This document shows positions 55,961 to 64,000 of a DNA stretch of 64,000 nucleotides, one piece after another. Location: sequence record OM630585.1; one strand, given 5' to 3'. How positions within the stretch are numbered: position 1 is the first letter of the stretch; each line of letters begins with the position of its first letter. The stretch is from Escherichia phage vB_EcoM_LNA6. Made by a program: the position numbers and the translations under genes. Under the pieces are notes generated by a model. It had not been told where the DNA came from, searched no databases, and saw nothing but the letters and a program-made list of their open reading frames with translations.

Positions 55961-57742
55961 ATGAGTAAGTCACTTTACGCAGTACCAGCAGGTCTTAATG
56001 CAGATGCTTACAAGGCATCACATATATATCAGTATCCAGATGCTACGCAATATCTTATGTTGAACCTGACACCACGTAGTGACAAATGGTTTAACAGCCC
56101 CTTAGCAATTGATGGTGTAGTAGCTTTTGGTATTCAACGTTTCGTTAAAGATTACTTGATAGACCACTGGAACGCCACTTTCTTTGAACGTGATAAAAAA
56201 GAAGCCATTGATGAAATCTTAGAAGTCATGAACGGTGTTCTGGGCAAAGATGCTATTGGTCGAGAGCATTGGGAAGCACTTCACGACTTAGGTTATCTGC
56301 CAGTCGAAGTATACGCTGTAGAAGAAGGCACAGTTGTTCCGATGCGTGTCCCAATGATTGCCTTCCAGAACACTGTTTCAGGATTCCATTGGGTAGCAGG
56401 TTATCTGGAAGATGCTTTCTCTGCTGAGATTTGGAAGGCTTGCACTATTGCGACTATTGCATTGCACTACAAACGTATCTGTAAGAAGTGGGCTGACCTT
56501 ACTTGCGACAATGAATTACATTTACCTTATCAGTGCCATGACTTTGCTATGCGTGGTATGTCCGGCTTTACCGATGACGCATTTAATGCTGTAGGTCACT
56601 TAACCAGCTTTAAAGGAACTGATAGCTTCCCTGCTGTATACACGGCTAAACGCATCTATGGACAGTCTTACCCAATTTCTGATATTGGTAGTTCTGTACC
56701 AGCCACTGAACACTCTGTAATGTGTGCAAATATTGCTTGGGAAGGTGGTAATGAATTGATTGAAGAAGAAAGACGCTTTAAAGGTGAGTTGCAAACCTTC
56801 CGTCGTTTCTTAACAGAAACTTACCCAACTGGTATTGCAAGCATTGTGTCAGATACTTATAACTTCTGGAGAACTGTGTCAGAAATCTTACCAGCACTCC
56901 GTAAAGAAATTATGGAACGTGACGGTAAGCTGGTAATTCGCCCTGACTCTGGAGACCCTGTACATATTGTCACAGGTTATAAAGCAATCCACTTAGAGTG
57001 TGCTAAAAAGGCTTATTACGAGCACCTAAGCAAGCTGGAAGCTAGTGATACAATGCTGAACTCTGTTCTGAACATGAAGCTTGAAAACATCAACTATGGT
57101 ATTGCTGGATGGCTACTGTCAGAAGGCTACGAAATGGTTGTTGACCGAGAAGACTTTGAAGTTGCTGATACAGTGATGTTGAAAAATGCTTATATGGTTG
57201 GTTCTGCAAACGTTGTAACACGTCCTGTAGCAGAGATTGATGGAGCTATTAAGACCCTGTATAACATCTTCGGAGGAACTATCAACTCTAAAGGTTTTAA
57301 GGTACTGGATGAGCACATTGGACTTATCTATGGTGACTCTATCACACTGGAACGTGCAAACGAAATCCTGAAGCGTCTGTATGAAATGGGTTTTGCAAGC
57401 TCTAACGTAGTGTTTGGCGTAGGCTCTTACACTTACCAGTACATGACTCGTGACACCTTTGCATTTGCTGTTAAAGCAACTCTTGCAAGCATTGGTGGTA
57501 AAGAGATTATGCTTGCAAAAGACCCTAAAACAGATAGTGGTGTGAAGAAGTCTGCCTTTGGTGGTGTAGCACCTATGTGGGATGGTGATAAGCTGAAAGC
57601 TGTAGATGGCTATGGGTTCCAGAGCTTTGCAGATGCACTTGAACATCCAGCTTGTGCTCTACGCTTAGTCTTTAGTGATTCTGAGCAGTATGGTTACACA
57701 TCTCTTGGTGATATTCGAAATAATATTGACAAACAGCTTTAA
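55961..57742 (+). CDS. nadV: nicotinamide phosphoribosyltransferase (NAMPT/NadV) family protein
   Basis: DAYKASHIYQYP, HDFAMRGMSGF..GHLTSFKGTDS, SVPATEHSVM, RPDSGDPV and YGDSIT align from memory with NAMPT conserved blocks; 593 aa with C-terminal extension. Confidence 0.8.
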   Translation: MSKSLYAVPAGLNADAYKASHIYQYPDATQYLMLNLTPRSDKWFNSPLAIDGVVAFGIQRFVKDYLIDHWNATFFERDKKEAIDEILEVMNGVLGKDAIGREHWEALHDLGYLPVEVYAVEEGTVVPMRVPMIAFQNTVSGFHWVAGYLEDAFSAEIWKACTIATIALHYKRICKKWADLTCDNELHLPYQCHDFAMRGMSGFTDDAFNAVGHLTSFKGTDSFPAVYTAKRIYGQSYPISDIGSSVPATEHSVMCANIAWEGGNELIEEERRFKGELQTFRRFLTETYPTGIASIVSDTYNFWRTVSEILPALRKEIMERDGKLVIRPDSGDPVHIVTGYKAIHLECAKKAYYEHLSKLEASDTMLNSVLNMKLENINYGIAGWLLSEGYEMVVDREDFEVADTVMLKNAYMVGSANVVTRPVAEIDGAIKTLYNIFGGTINSKGFKVLDEHIGLIYGDSITLERANEILKRLYEMGFASSNVVFGVGSYTYQYMTRDTFAFAVKATLASIGGKEIMLAKDPKTDSGVKKSAFGGVAPMWDGDKLKAVDGYGFQSFADALEHPACALRLVFSDSEQYGYTSLGDIRNNIDKQL

Positions 57743-57757
57743 AAGTATATGATAAGA

Positions 57758-57779
57758 GGCTCCTACGGGAGCCTTTTTA
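57758..57779 (+). terminator. rho-independent terminator
   Basis: GGCTCC-TACG-GGAGCC hairpin followed by TTTTT. Confidence 0.6.
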
Positions 57780-57795
57780 ATTTCTGGAGAAGACT

Positions 57796-58131
57796 ATGAA
57801 AATCAAAGAAATGAACATTAACGTTGTCCTAGAAGAACGTTGGGAGAACATTAAGAAACCTGAAGATGGTAAAAAGTTCCTTAACAAAATTTTAGTAGCA
57901 GCTAAAGAAGAACTGACTGGCAAGATTGCAGCAGCAATCACAATAAAAATCTGTGTAAAAGGTCTTCCACAACATCACCAATTTGCACTTGACGAGTTTA
58001 AAGAAAGCTTCTACAATCCAAACAAACAGATGCTTGAAAGTAACTTTGCAGTGTCTACAAGTATCGTCCATGACAGAAGCTTTATCCTTTACAAGAATAT
58101 GAGAGGTGAGTCATGCAAGCATATTGGATAG
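57796..58131 (+). CDS. hypothetical protein
   Basis: 111 aa ORF. Confidence 0.4.
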   Translation: MKIKEMNINVVLEERWENIKKPEDGKKFLNKILVAAKEELTGKIAAAITIKICVKGLPQHHQFALDEFKESFYNPNKQMLESNFAVSTSIVHDRSFILYKNMRGESCKHIG

Positions 58132-58289
58132 AAATTTTACTGTCACTTGGTAGTGTAGCAGTATTTGTTTACCTTCTTTGCAAGTACTATGCAGAGCACA
58201 AGAAGTGTGACTACTGTAACGGAGAAGGGTACACAAGAGCAGGCTGTTGCCCTATGTGTGGTGGTTCTGGTAAAATGTTTAATAAGTAA
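58113..58289 (+). CDS. small membrane-anchored zinc-finger protein (58 aa; below ORF-track cutoff)
   Basis: ATG 58113; MQAYWIEILLSLGSVAVFVYLLCKYYAEHKKCDYCNGEGYTRAGCCPMCGGSGKMFNK: one hydrophobic helix then two CxxCxGxG-type motifs. Confidence 0.35.
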   Translation: MQAYWIEILLSLGSVAVFVYLLCKYYAEHKKCDYCNGEGYTRAGCCPMCGGSGKMFNK

Positions 58290-58317
58290 TTTAACAGTAA
58301 ACTAAGAGGAAAGTATT

Positions 58318-60684
58318 ATGCGCATGGTAAATGACCACGCAGAAGTGATTAAGAGTTCAACTTCTTTGGAGACATCTCAAGCACAGATTACAATGACACC
58401 TGAAATGTTCAGCCTTCTGAGTTCTGGTGTATACACATTCAAAGAAAGGGCAGTGATTCGTGAACTGTCATGTAATGCAGTAGATGCTCAGAAAGAAGCT
58501 GGAAAAGAGAACATCCCATTCCATGTGCATTTACCTACTCGATTTGAGCCTTACTTTGAAGTCCGTGACTTTGGAACTGGTTTAACCCATGACAAAGTAA
58601 TGAGTTTGTACCTGAACTATGGGGCTTCTACGAAGAATGACTCTAATGATTACATTGGTGCAATGGGTATCGGCTCAAAATCACCATTTGCAATTGCTCA
58701 GTCATTCACAGTGTCTAGCTATGTTGATGGTGTTGTTAATAAGTACTCTGTTTACCTTGAGAATGGTATACCTCAAGTAACTAAGCTTACTACTAACCCA
58801 ACAAATGAACCCAATGGTTTAGCTGTACGTGTGGCAGTTGCTGACCACCGTATTTCAAAGTTCTTTGAAGAGGCTGGTCATGTATACTCATACTTTGCTG
58901 TAAAACCAGAAAGTAACATTGTATATGATGATGTGTTAGCAGATATGAACGTCATTGCTCGTGAAGAAGGTGTTTATGATGCCATGATTCATAAGCAAAG
59001 CTGGCGTTCTAGTGGTAACAGGACAGAGTTTAATGTGGTGATGGGTAATATTGCCTACCCTGTTAACATGGAAGCATTACTTGGTGATGATTTCTTCAAA
59101 ATCTTGCCAGAATTTTTCCGTAGGAGCGTAGACCTTGTAAACATCTACATGCCTATTGGTTCAGTTGCTATTGCAGCTTCTCGTGAAGCATTACAGATGA
59201 ATGACACGACAAAAAATGTTATCATTGAGGCTACTAAAAAGATAACTGAAGCCATTACAAAGGATGTTATCAAGAAAGTTAATAGCCAACCTACACTCAT
59301 GGATGCCGCACAGGCTTATGCTGAGTTACGTTTGAACTCACGAGAGATGTTTAATGCTGTGTGTCCAAAGCTAGAGTGGGGTGGCGTTAAGCTTGATTCT
59401 CTGGAAGAAGAATTGCTAAACATTCGTCGTGGAATTATCTACGCAGAAGACGGCTCAGTTATTTATGAACGTGACGGCAAAGGTAATATTAAGGTTGATA
59501 GGAACGGGAACAATATCCCTAAAGTAGATTATCTTTATGACCCAGTTGCTTATGTCAAGTTCAACTCTTTAGAGAGTAAGATTCGTGCAACATCGCTTTC
59601 CTACACTCAAGAGGCAAGTATGTTCAATATCTTTGGTGCAATGCGTAAAAGCCAAATTGAACAGTTTTTGTTTGTTATAAATGACCGTCGCAATAAAAAT
59701 GGTACTGAGAAGACTGTAGGACGCAATCAGATTCTGCGTGGTGCATGTCGAGACTATGCCAGCGAGTCAAGCCTGTTTCACAGATATAATGGTATTGTCT
59801 TTGTATTCTCTACAGAGAAAGAGCTAGATGACTTAATCAATCTGCGCAAACTTGATAAGAGCTTGTTAAAGATTGTGAAGATGTCTGATAAGGAACACCA
59901 TTATCAGCGTAAAGAAGCTGTGAGAGGTGTTGTAAAACTCTGGAAAGCTGTTCCAGCAGAAGGTGTAGCCTCATACACAGAGGTGTCAGAAGACTTAGAC
60001 ACGATTGAAGAGCCTCAGCTTTATATTAAGGCAGTAGGTGACACAGTTGATGGCGAATGTTTTTGCTCATCTCCAGATGATGTAGCTAAGTCAGTTGCCA
60101 ATGTCATTGGAAAGACAGTCTATGTTTTCCGAAAAGCAAATTGGAAAAAGATACCAGAAGACTGGATTGAAGTAGATGAGAAGCTCTTGAACGACAGCTT
60201 AACTGATGTTCATTGGATTAATCATAACAGGTATATGACACGCGTCTGTATGCGTGGTGTCCTAGACCTTACAAGCTGTTGGATTATTACCAGAAACTTT
60301 ACGTTCAATAACAGGAAGATTTCTGATGGTTATTGCTATTCACGGGATACAAACAAAACTATCTTCCTAGAAGGTAATGAAGATGCTGTTGAGGCAATGT
60401 TCGGTAAAATCCAATACATTGCTGCACAATTTGCATACACTTACACTATTAGTGTGTTGCAAGATTTGAAAAGGTGTCTTGATAATGATACAAAACTTTA
60501 CAAGAAAATTAAGAAAGCTGGTGACCGTATGTTTATTAAGGTAACAAACTACTTCTCAAAAAGAAAACAAGAAAACTTCTTGCTTTCTCATCTAGATTGG
60601 AATAAAGTGTCACCCGTCGAAGTAAGTAAGTTCTTAGGCTTTGATGTGAAGTGTGTTCCAGAAGGAACTACAATTTACGATTAA
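58318..60684 (+). CDS. rIIA: rIIA-like protein (GHKL ATPase domain)
   Basis: 788 aa; N-terminal GHKL motifs: IRELSCNAVDA, RDFGTGL, GAMGIGSKS; immediately upstream of a clear rIIB homologue. Confidence 0.7.
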   Translation: MRMVNDHAEVIKSSTSLETSQAQITMTPEMFSLLSSGVYTFKERAVIRELSCNAVDAQKEAGKENIPFHVHLPTRFEPYFEVRDFGTGLTHDKVMSLYLNYGASTKNDSNDYIGAMGIGSKSPFAIAQSFTVSSYVDGVVNKYSVYLENGIPQVTKLTTNPTNEPNGLAVRVAVADHRISKFFEEAGHVYSYFAVKPESNIVYDDVLADMNVIAREEGVYDAMIHKQSWRSSGNRTEFNVVMGNIAYPVNMEALLGDDFFKILPEFFRRSVDLVNIYMPIGSVAIAASREALQMNDTTKNVIIEATKKITEAITKDVIKKVNSQPTLMDAAQAYAELRLNSREMFNAVCPKLEWGGVKLDSLEEELLNIRRGIIYAEDGSVIYERDGKGNIKVDRNGNNIPKVDYLYDPVAYVKFNSLESKIRATSLSYTQEASMFNIFGAMRKSQIEQFLFVINDRRNKNGTEKTVGRNQILRGACRDYASESSLFHRYNGIVFVFSTEKELDDLINLRKLDKSLLKIVKMSDKEHHYQRKEAVRGVVKLWKAVPAEGVASYTEVSEDLDTIEEPQLYIKAVGDTVDGECFCSSPDDVAKSVANVIGKTVYVFRKANWKKIPEDWIEVDEKLLNDSLTDVHWINHNRYMTRVCMRGVLDLTSCWIITRNFTFNNRKISDGYCYSRDTNKTIFLEGNEDAVEAMFGKIQYIAAQFAYTYTISVLQDLKRCLDNDTKLYKKIKKAGDRMFIKVTNYFSKRKQENFLLSHLDWNKVSPVEVSKFLGFDVKCVPEGTTIYD

Positions 60685-60689
60685 AGTGT

Positions 60690-60719
60690 TTGACAAGGGG
60701 CTTCGAAGCCCCTTAGAAT
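60690..60719 (+). promoter_or_regulatory. sigma70-like promoter with palindromic spacer (TTGACA-N18-TAGAAT)
   Basis: -35 TTGACA 60690-60695; spacer contains perfect palindrome GGGGCTTCGAAGCCCC; -10 TAGAAT 60714-60719; between rIIA and rIIB. Confidence 0.45.
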
Positions 60720-60763
60720 AGCCTTACAAAATGATTTATTAACTAACAAGAGAGAGTAATAAG

Positions 60764-61873
60764 ATGACTACTAAAACTAAAGCACAGATTGACGCAGAAA
60801 TTTACGAACTGGTTAAAGAAGGTAAGCTGACTAAAACAGCTATTGCACAGAAGTTCAATACTTCAACCCGTTCAGTTGGTCGTGCTGTAGAGCGTCATGA
60901 AGCAACCTTAAAAGGTAAGAAAAAGGTAGCTTCTAAACCAGCTACGAAGACTTTGAAGCAAGTTGCTAAATCAGTTAAAAAGAAAGCTGACAAACCAGTT
61001 GAAAAGGTTGTTAAAGAGCCTGTACAGAAAGCTCCGGTAAATAAACTGCATGAAGCTATGCAGAATGGCAACCAGATTGAGTACATGATTACTGGCGACT
61101 CTGTTATCATGACTTTCGGTGCAGATTCTGAAATCGTTGAATCTACCCATCCGAACTACAAAGAAATCGTGATGGCTGTTGTATCCGGTGAGTATAAGAA
61201 AGCTTTCGAACTGATGAACATTCGTAAGTCTATCGAAAACTTCACTCAGGGTGCTATCACCATCAAAGGTGACAAGTTATTCTACGGTGCTGTTGAGATG
61301 CGTTCTACTCTGGTTGACCGTATTCTTCACATGATGAAGACTGGAGATAAGGGTTTTGAACGCCTTGTGATGTTCTTCGAAAAACTGATGGAAAACCCAT
61401 CTAAAGATTCTGTAGAACAACTTTGGGGATTCGTATCTCACCTTGATGTTGAAATTGATGAAGAAGGCTACATCATTGGTTGGAAGAAAGTCTCTACTCG
61501 TGAAGGCAAGCTGGTTGACTCCCACACCTACAGAGTACCTAATGATTTGGGTAACATTGTAGAAATGCCACGTTGGATGGTTGATAATAACCGTAACGTG
61601 ACTTGCTCTCAAGGTCTTCACGTTGGTGCTTGGGATTACGTTCGTTGCTTCTCAGGTGATACAATCCTGAAGGTTCGTGTCCATCCACGAGATGTTGTAT
61701 CTGTTCCAACTGATTACAACGATATGAAGATGCGTTCGTCTCGTTATGAAGTTGCAGCAATCGTTGATAATCAACGTAAAGTGCTGAAAGAATGGGATGG
61801 CAAGACTGAAGCTTTGCATGTCATCGTTGGTACTGCTGGAGAACTTATCTCTCAACGTAAACGTGAAATCTAA
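60764..61873 (+). CDS. rIIB: rIIB-like protein
   Basis: STLVDRILH, CSQGLHV and VRVHPRDVVSVPTDYNDMKMR align from memory with T4 rIIB (SGLVDRILD, CSRGLHV, VKVHPRDVVSIPIDYNDAKMR). Confidence 0.8.
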   Translation: MTTKTKAQIDAEIYELVKEGKLTKTAIAQKFNTSTRSVGRAVERHEATLKGKKKVASKPATKTLKQVAKSVKKKADKPVEKVVKEPVQKAPVNKLHEAMQNGNQIEYMITGDSVIMTFGADSEIVESTHPNYKEIVMAVVSGEYKKAFELMNIRKSIENFTQGAITIKGDKLFYGAVEMRSTLVDRILHMMKTGDKGFERLVMFFEKLMENPSKDSVEQLWGFVSHLDVEIDEEGYIIGWKKVSTREGKLVDSHTYRVPNDLGNIVEMPRWMVDNNRNVTCSQGLHVGAWDYVRCFSGDTILKVRVHPRDVVSVPTDYNDMKMRSSRYEVAAIVDNQRKVLKEWDGKTEALHVIVGTAGELISQRKREI

Positions 61874-61890
61874 TAAATAACTTCTTAAAA

Positions 61891-61913
61891 GGCTGCTTCG
61901 GCGGCCTTTTTTA
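61891..61913 (+). terminator. rho-independent terminator
   Basis: GGCTGC-TTCG-GCGGCC hairpin (one G-U pair) followed by TTTTTT. Confidence 0.55.
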
Positions 61914-61914
61914 T

Positions 61915-61942
61915 TTGTATTTTGTGCAGAGTGCTGTATAAT
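61915..61942 (+). promoter_or_regulatory. sigma70-like promoter candidate (TTGTAT-N16-TATAAT)
   Basis: Consensus -10 TATAAT at 61937-61942 with TG immediately upstream; -35-like TTGTAT at 61915-61920. Confidence 0.4.
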
Positions 61943-61973
61943 TGTTGTCACGATAAACTAAACAGGAGAACCA

Positions 61974-62522
61974 ATGAAGAAATTGATTCTAGGTTTGTGC
62001 TTAATGTTTACAGCACACTTATCTTATGCAGTTGACTGCCCAGAGCTATCAATTAGCCAAAAAGTAAACATGTTAAAAGCTTACCAGTATGGTGAGAATA
62101 ACATGGGCAAAGGTTGGGGTATCACTCTAGCTGCTATAGCCTTACAAGAGTCAGAGTTAGGTCTGAAGGTAGAGAATAAAAAGACACATGATTATGGTAT
62201 TTTCCAGAATCACTTGAAGACTGTTGTAAAGCGTAACAAAATTAGTCCTAATGTGGCTAAAAAGAAACTCTTAAAAGACTTTGACTATGCTGCGAAGGAA
62301 ACGCACAAAGAGCTTGAGTTTTGGACAAAGGTGCATGGTCAGCCAAAGTCAAAGAAGACTTTACAAAAAGTTTTAGCATCATATAATGCTGGGTATTCGT
62401 ACAGAATCCCTAAAGCTAAGAAATACTCTCAAGATGTCTATAACAATATGAAAGTTATCGCTCAATGTGAATTTGCAACAAACATTTCTAAGGTAAATCA
62501 TGAAAAAATTAAGAAAGTCTGA
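61974..62522 (+). CDS. secreted lytic transglycosylase-like protein (putative)
   Basis: 182 aa; signal-peptide-like MKKLILGLCLMFTAHLSYA; ALQESELG ... DYGIFQ ... YNAGYS resemble SLT/lysozyme-like catalytic blocks (ES, GLMQ, YNxG). Confidence 0.45.
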   Translation: MKKLILGLCLMFTAHLSYAVDCPELSISQKVNMLKAYQYGENNMGKGWGITLAAIALQESELGLKVENKKTHDYGIFQNHLKTVVKRNKISPNVAKKKLLKDFDYAAKETHKELEFWTKVHGQPKSKKTLQKVLASYNAGYSYRIPKAKKYSQDVYNNMKVIAQCEFATNISKVNHEKIKKV

Positions 62523-63195
62523 TGAAGTCCTGTGTCATGCTTATGACTTGCATCCTCATGAGTTTGGTCTTGATTCCTGTGTATGGACTCCAGAACAGTG
62601 CAGGGATTTTGAAGACACTGCAAGAGAAGTTGTATGTTCACTTGAAGATTTCCACACCTCAGAACCAATTGTGAATGTTGTAGATAAAGAGACTGGACAA
62701 ACTATAGGTGTAAGTCGTGATAGCTTAGTCATAGTCAATAAAGACCTTGTAGAAAAAGGTAACCTCATCTTAGCAGATATTGATGGTGTTCTTACAAATT
62801 TTAATCACGAAGATTGCTCAACGGAATTGACTGATGGGTCATTCTCACAGTACACTAATCTTCTTGACTCTGTAAGAGCAAAACCAACGTATGTCTTTAG
62901 TATTATTGATGCAATTGCTAATCATGCTGCCATTGGACTCTTGACAGCGAGAGGTGAATCTCAGAGAATACCTACTGAGATGTTTTTAAGGCACAACATA
63001 GAGCATGACTACATGCTTTTTATGCGTGGTTTTGGAACTAACTCTATAAGTGCAGAAAGTTTGAAAGTGAGGATGATTCAGTCTTGCATCCTGCCTTACT
63101 TTAATATAGTATGTTTTATAGAAGACACAGAGAAGAATGTGCAGAAGGTGAACAGAATCCTTCCACACATTAAAACCATGTTAGTTAAACATTGA
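62500..63195 (+). CDS. HAD-superfamily phosphatase-like protein (putative)
   Basis: 231 aa; LILADIDGVLTNF matches HAD motif I (DxDG[TV]). Confidence 0.4.
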   Translation: MKKLRKSDEVLCHAYDLHPHEFGLDSCVWTPEQCRDFEDTAREVVCSLEDFHTSEPIVNVVDKETGQTIGVSRDSLVIVNKDLVEKGNLILADIDGVLTNFNHEDCSTELTDGSFSQYTNLLDSVRAKPTYVFSIIDAIANHAAIGLLTARGESQRIPTEMFLRHNIEHDYMLFMRGFGTNSISAESLKVRMIQSCILPYFNIVCFIEDTEKNVQKVNRILPHIKTMLVKH

Positions 63196-63205
63196 GAGAA
63201 AACTT

Positions 63206-63670
63206 ATGAACAATATCATTACGGTAGCACTGGACGATACGGTAAACAAATCTGCAATAGTTCGTAAAATGATTCAAGGTAACTTTGAAGGTAAAATTTT
63301 TCGTGCTGTTAATGTAAAAGCTGATGGCAGCATTCGTGAATATCGTGCATTATTGAATGTTAAAAAACACGTAAAAGGTGCTGGTTCAACTACTGCACAC
63401 AAAGAAAACCTGATGACTATCTATGATATGGGCAAGGCTTCAGAGTTAGGTGCTGAAGGTATCGTTAAAGAAGGTGCTCCGTATCGCTCTTTCAATCTGG
63501 AAACTACTCTTATGCTTTCCTTTACAAGTGGTTCTAAAACAATCACTTATCTCTTTACTGATGCTGCAACGGTATCTGCTATTAAGGATAGCACTGTCAA
63601 AGCTGGCGTAGTTGCTGCTGCAAAAGCTTCTTCGATGGCTGCGAATATCCTTGCTAAAGTCCTCGGTTAA
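63206..63670 (+). CDS. hypothetical protein
   Basis: 154 aa ORF with RBS GAGAGAA. Confidence 0.4.
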   Translation: MNNIITVALDDTVNKSAIVRKMIQGNFEGKIFRAVNVKADGSIREYRALLNVKKHVKGAGSTTAHKENLMTIYDMGKASELGAEGIVKEGAPYRSFNLETTLMLSFTSGSKTITYLFTDAATVSAIKDSTVKAGVVAAAKASSMAANILAKVLG

Positions 63671-63682
63671 GGTTAAGATACA

Positions 63683-63704
63683 GGCTCCTTCGGGAGCCTT
63701 TTTC
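63683..63704 (+). terminator. rho-independent terminator
   Basis: GGCTCC-TTCG-GGAGCC hairpin followed by TTTTT. Confidence 0.6.
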
Positions 63705-63722
63705 ATTTTAGGAGATTGTTAA

Positions 63723-64000
63723 ATGACATTTAAAGAGTTCTGTCAAGCCACTTTCATAATTGTTTTCTTAGTTGGGGCAGGTGTCTGGGGGGGATACTCT
63801 TACAGAGACTATCAAGTTGCTGAAACTGAGCTAAATAATCAAAAGCTCATAAGTGTTGCTAAAGATGCTTATCAGGAAGGATTAGCCACACTCAGCACCA
63901 ATTACAAAAATGATTTGAAAGATGTGCTTGCTAAGAATAAGCACACAAAAGAGGTACTAACATATGAAAAAACTAAGCCAGAGTTTTATAATGTTTGTGT
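63723..64000 (+). CDS. membrane-anchored protein, 5' partial (runs off window end)
   Basis: ATG 63723 preceded by AGGAG; N-terminal hydrophobic helix (FIIVFLVGAGVWGG) then coiled-coil-like sequence; no stop before window end. Confidence 0.4.
   Translation, partial: MTFKEFCQATFIIVFLVGAGVWGGYSYRDYQVAETELNNQKLISVAKDAYQEGLATLSTNYKNDLKDVLAKNKHTKEVLTYEKTKPEFYNVC

Noticed and set aside
58318-60684. GHKL-domain protein as a type II topoisomerase ATPase subunit
   Set aside because: It is followed directly by a protein with several blocks matching T4 rIIB from memory, and no TOPRIM/GyrA-like partner is adjacent; rIIA is the better fit.
60697-60712. GGGGCTTCGAAGCCCC hairpin as the rIIA intrinsic terminator
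   Set aside because: It is not followed by a U-tract (TTAGAAT follows); interpreted as a promoter-embedded palindrome.

Overview
The window is a gene-dense, AT-rich segment of a large tailed-phage genome with no host genes. Gene content is mosaic. From left to right: (1) a + strand virion module 1-22800 with large terminase, portal, S49 prohead protease/scaffold, decoration-like and major capsid proteins, then a contractile-tail/baseplate block (sheath, tube, frameshifted chaperone pair, tape measure, baseplate proteins) and two paralogous His-rich (HxH) tail fibres; (2) a - strand block 23477-34519 with thymidylate synthase, DHFR, small unknown genes, an HTH regulator, secreted/lipoproteins, DNA ligase and a T7-like family A DNA polymerase; (3) a + strand replication and nucleotide-metabolism block 34778-64000 with dNMP kinase, T7 gp4-like primase-helicase, SSB, FEN/RNase H, NrdAB plus glutaredoxin, anaerobic NrdDG, a PRPP-synthetase-like and NAMPT-like pair, rIIA/rIIB, a secreted transglycosylase and a HAD phosphatase. 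Notable features: two group I introns carrying HNH homing endonucleases (in the polymerase and nrdD), three further free-standing homing endonucleases, a -1 programmed frameshift in the tail chaperone, diverged GG-periodic intergenic repeats bracketing a two-gene cassette of unknown function, and a candidate NAD+ salvage or reconstitution module. Protein identities rest on motifs read by eye and alignment from memory; no database search was run. No tRNA or CRISPR array was found.
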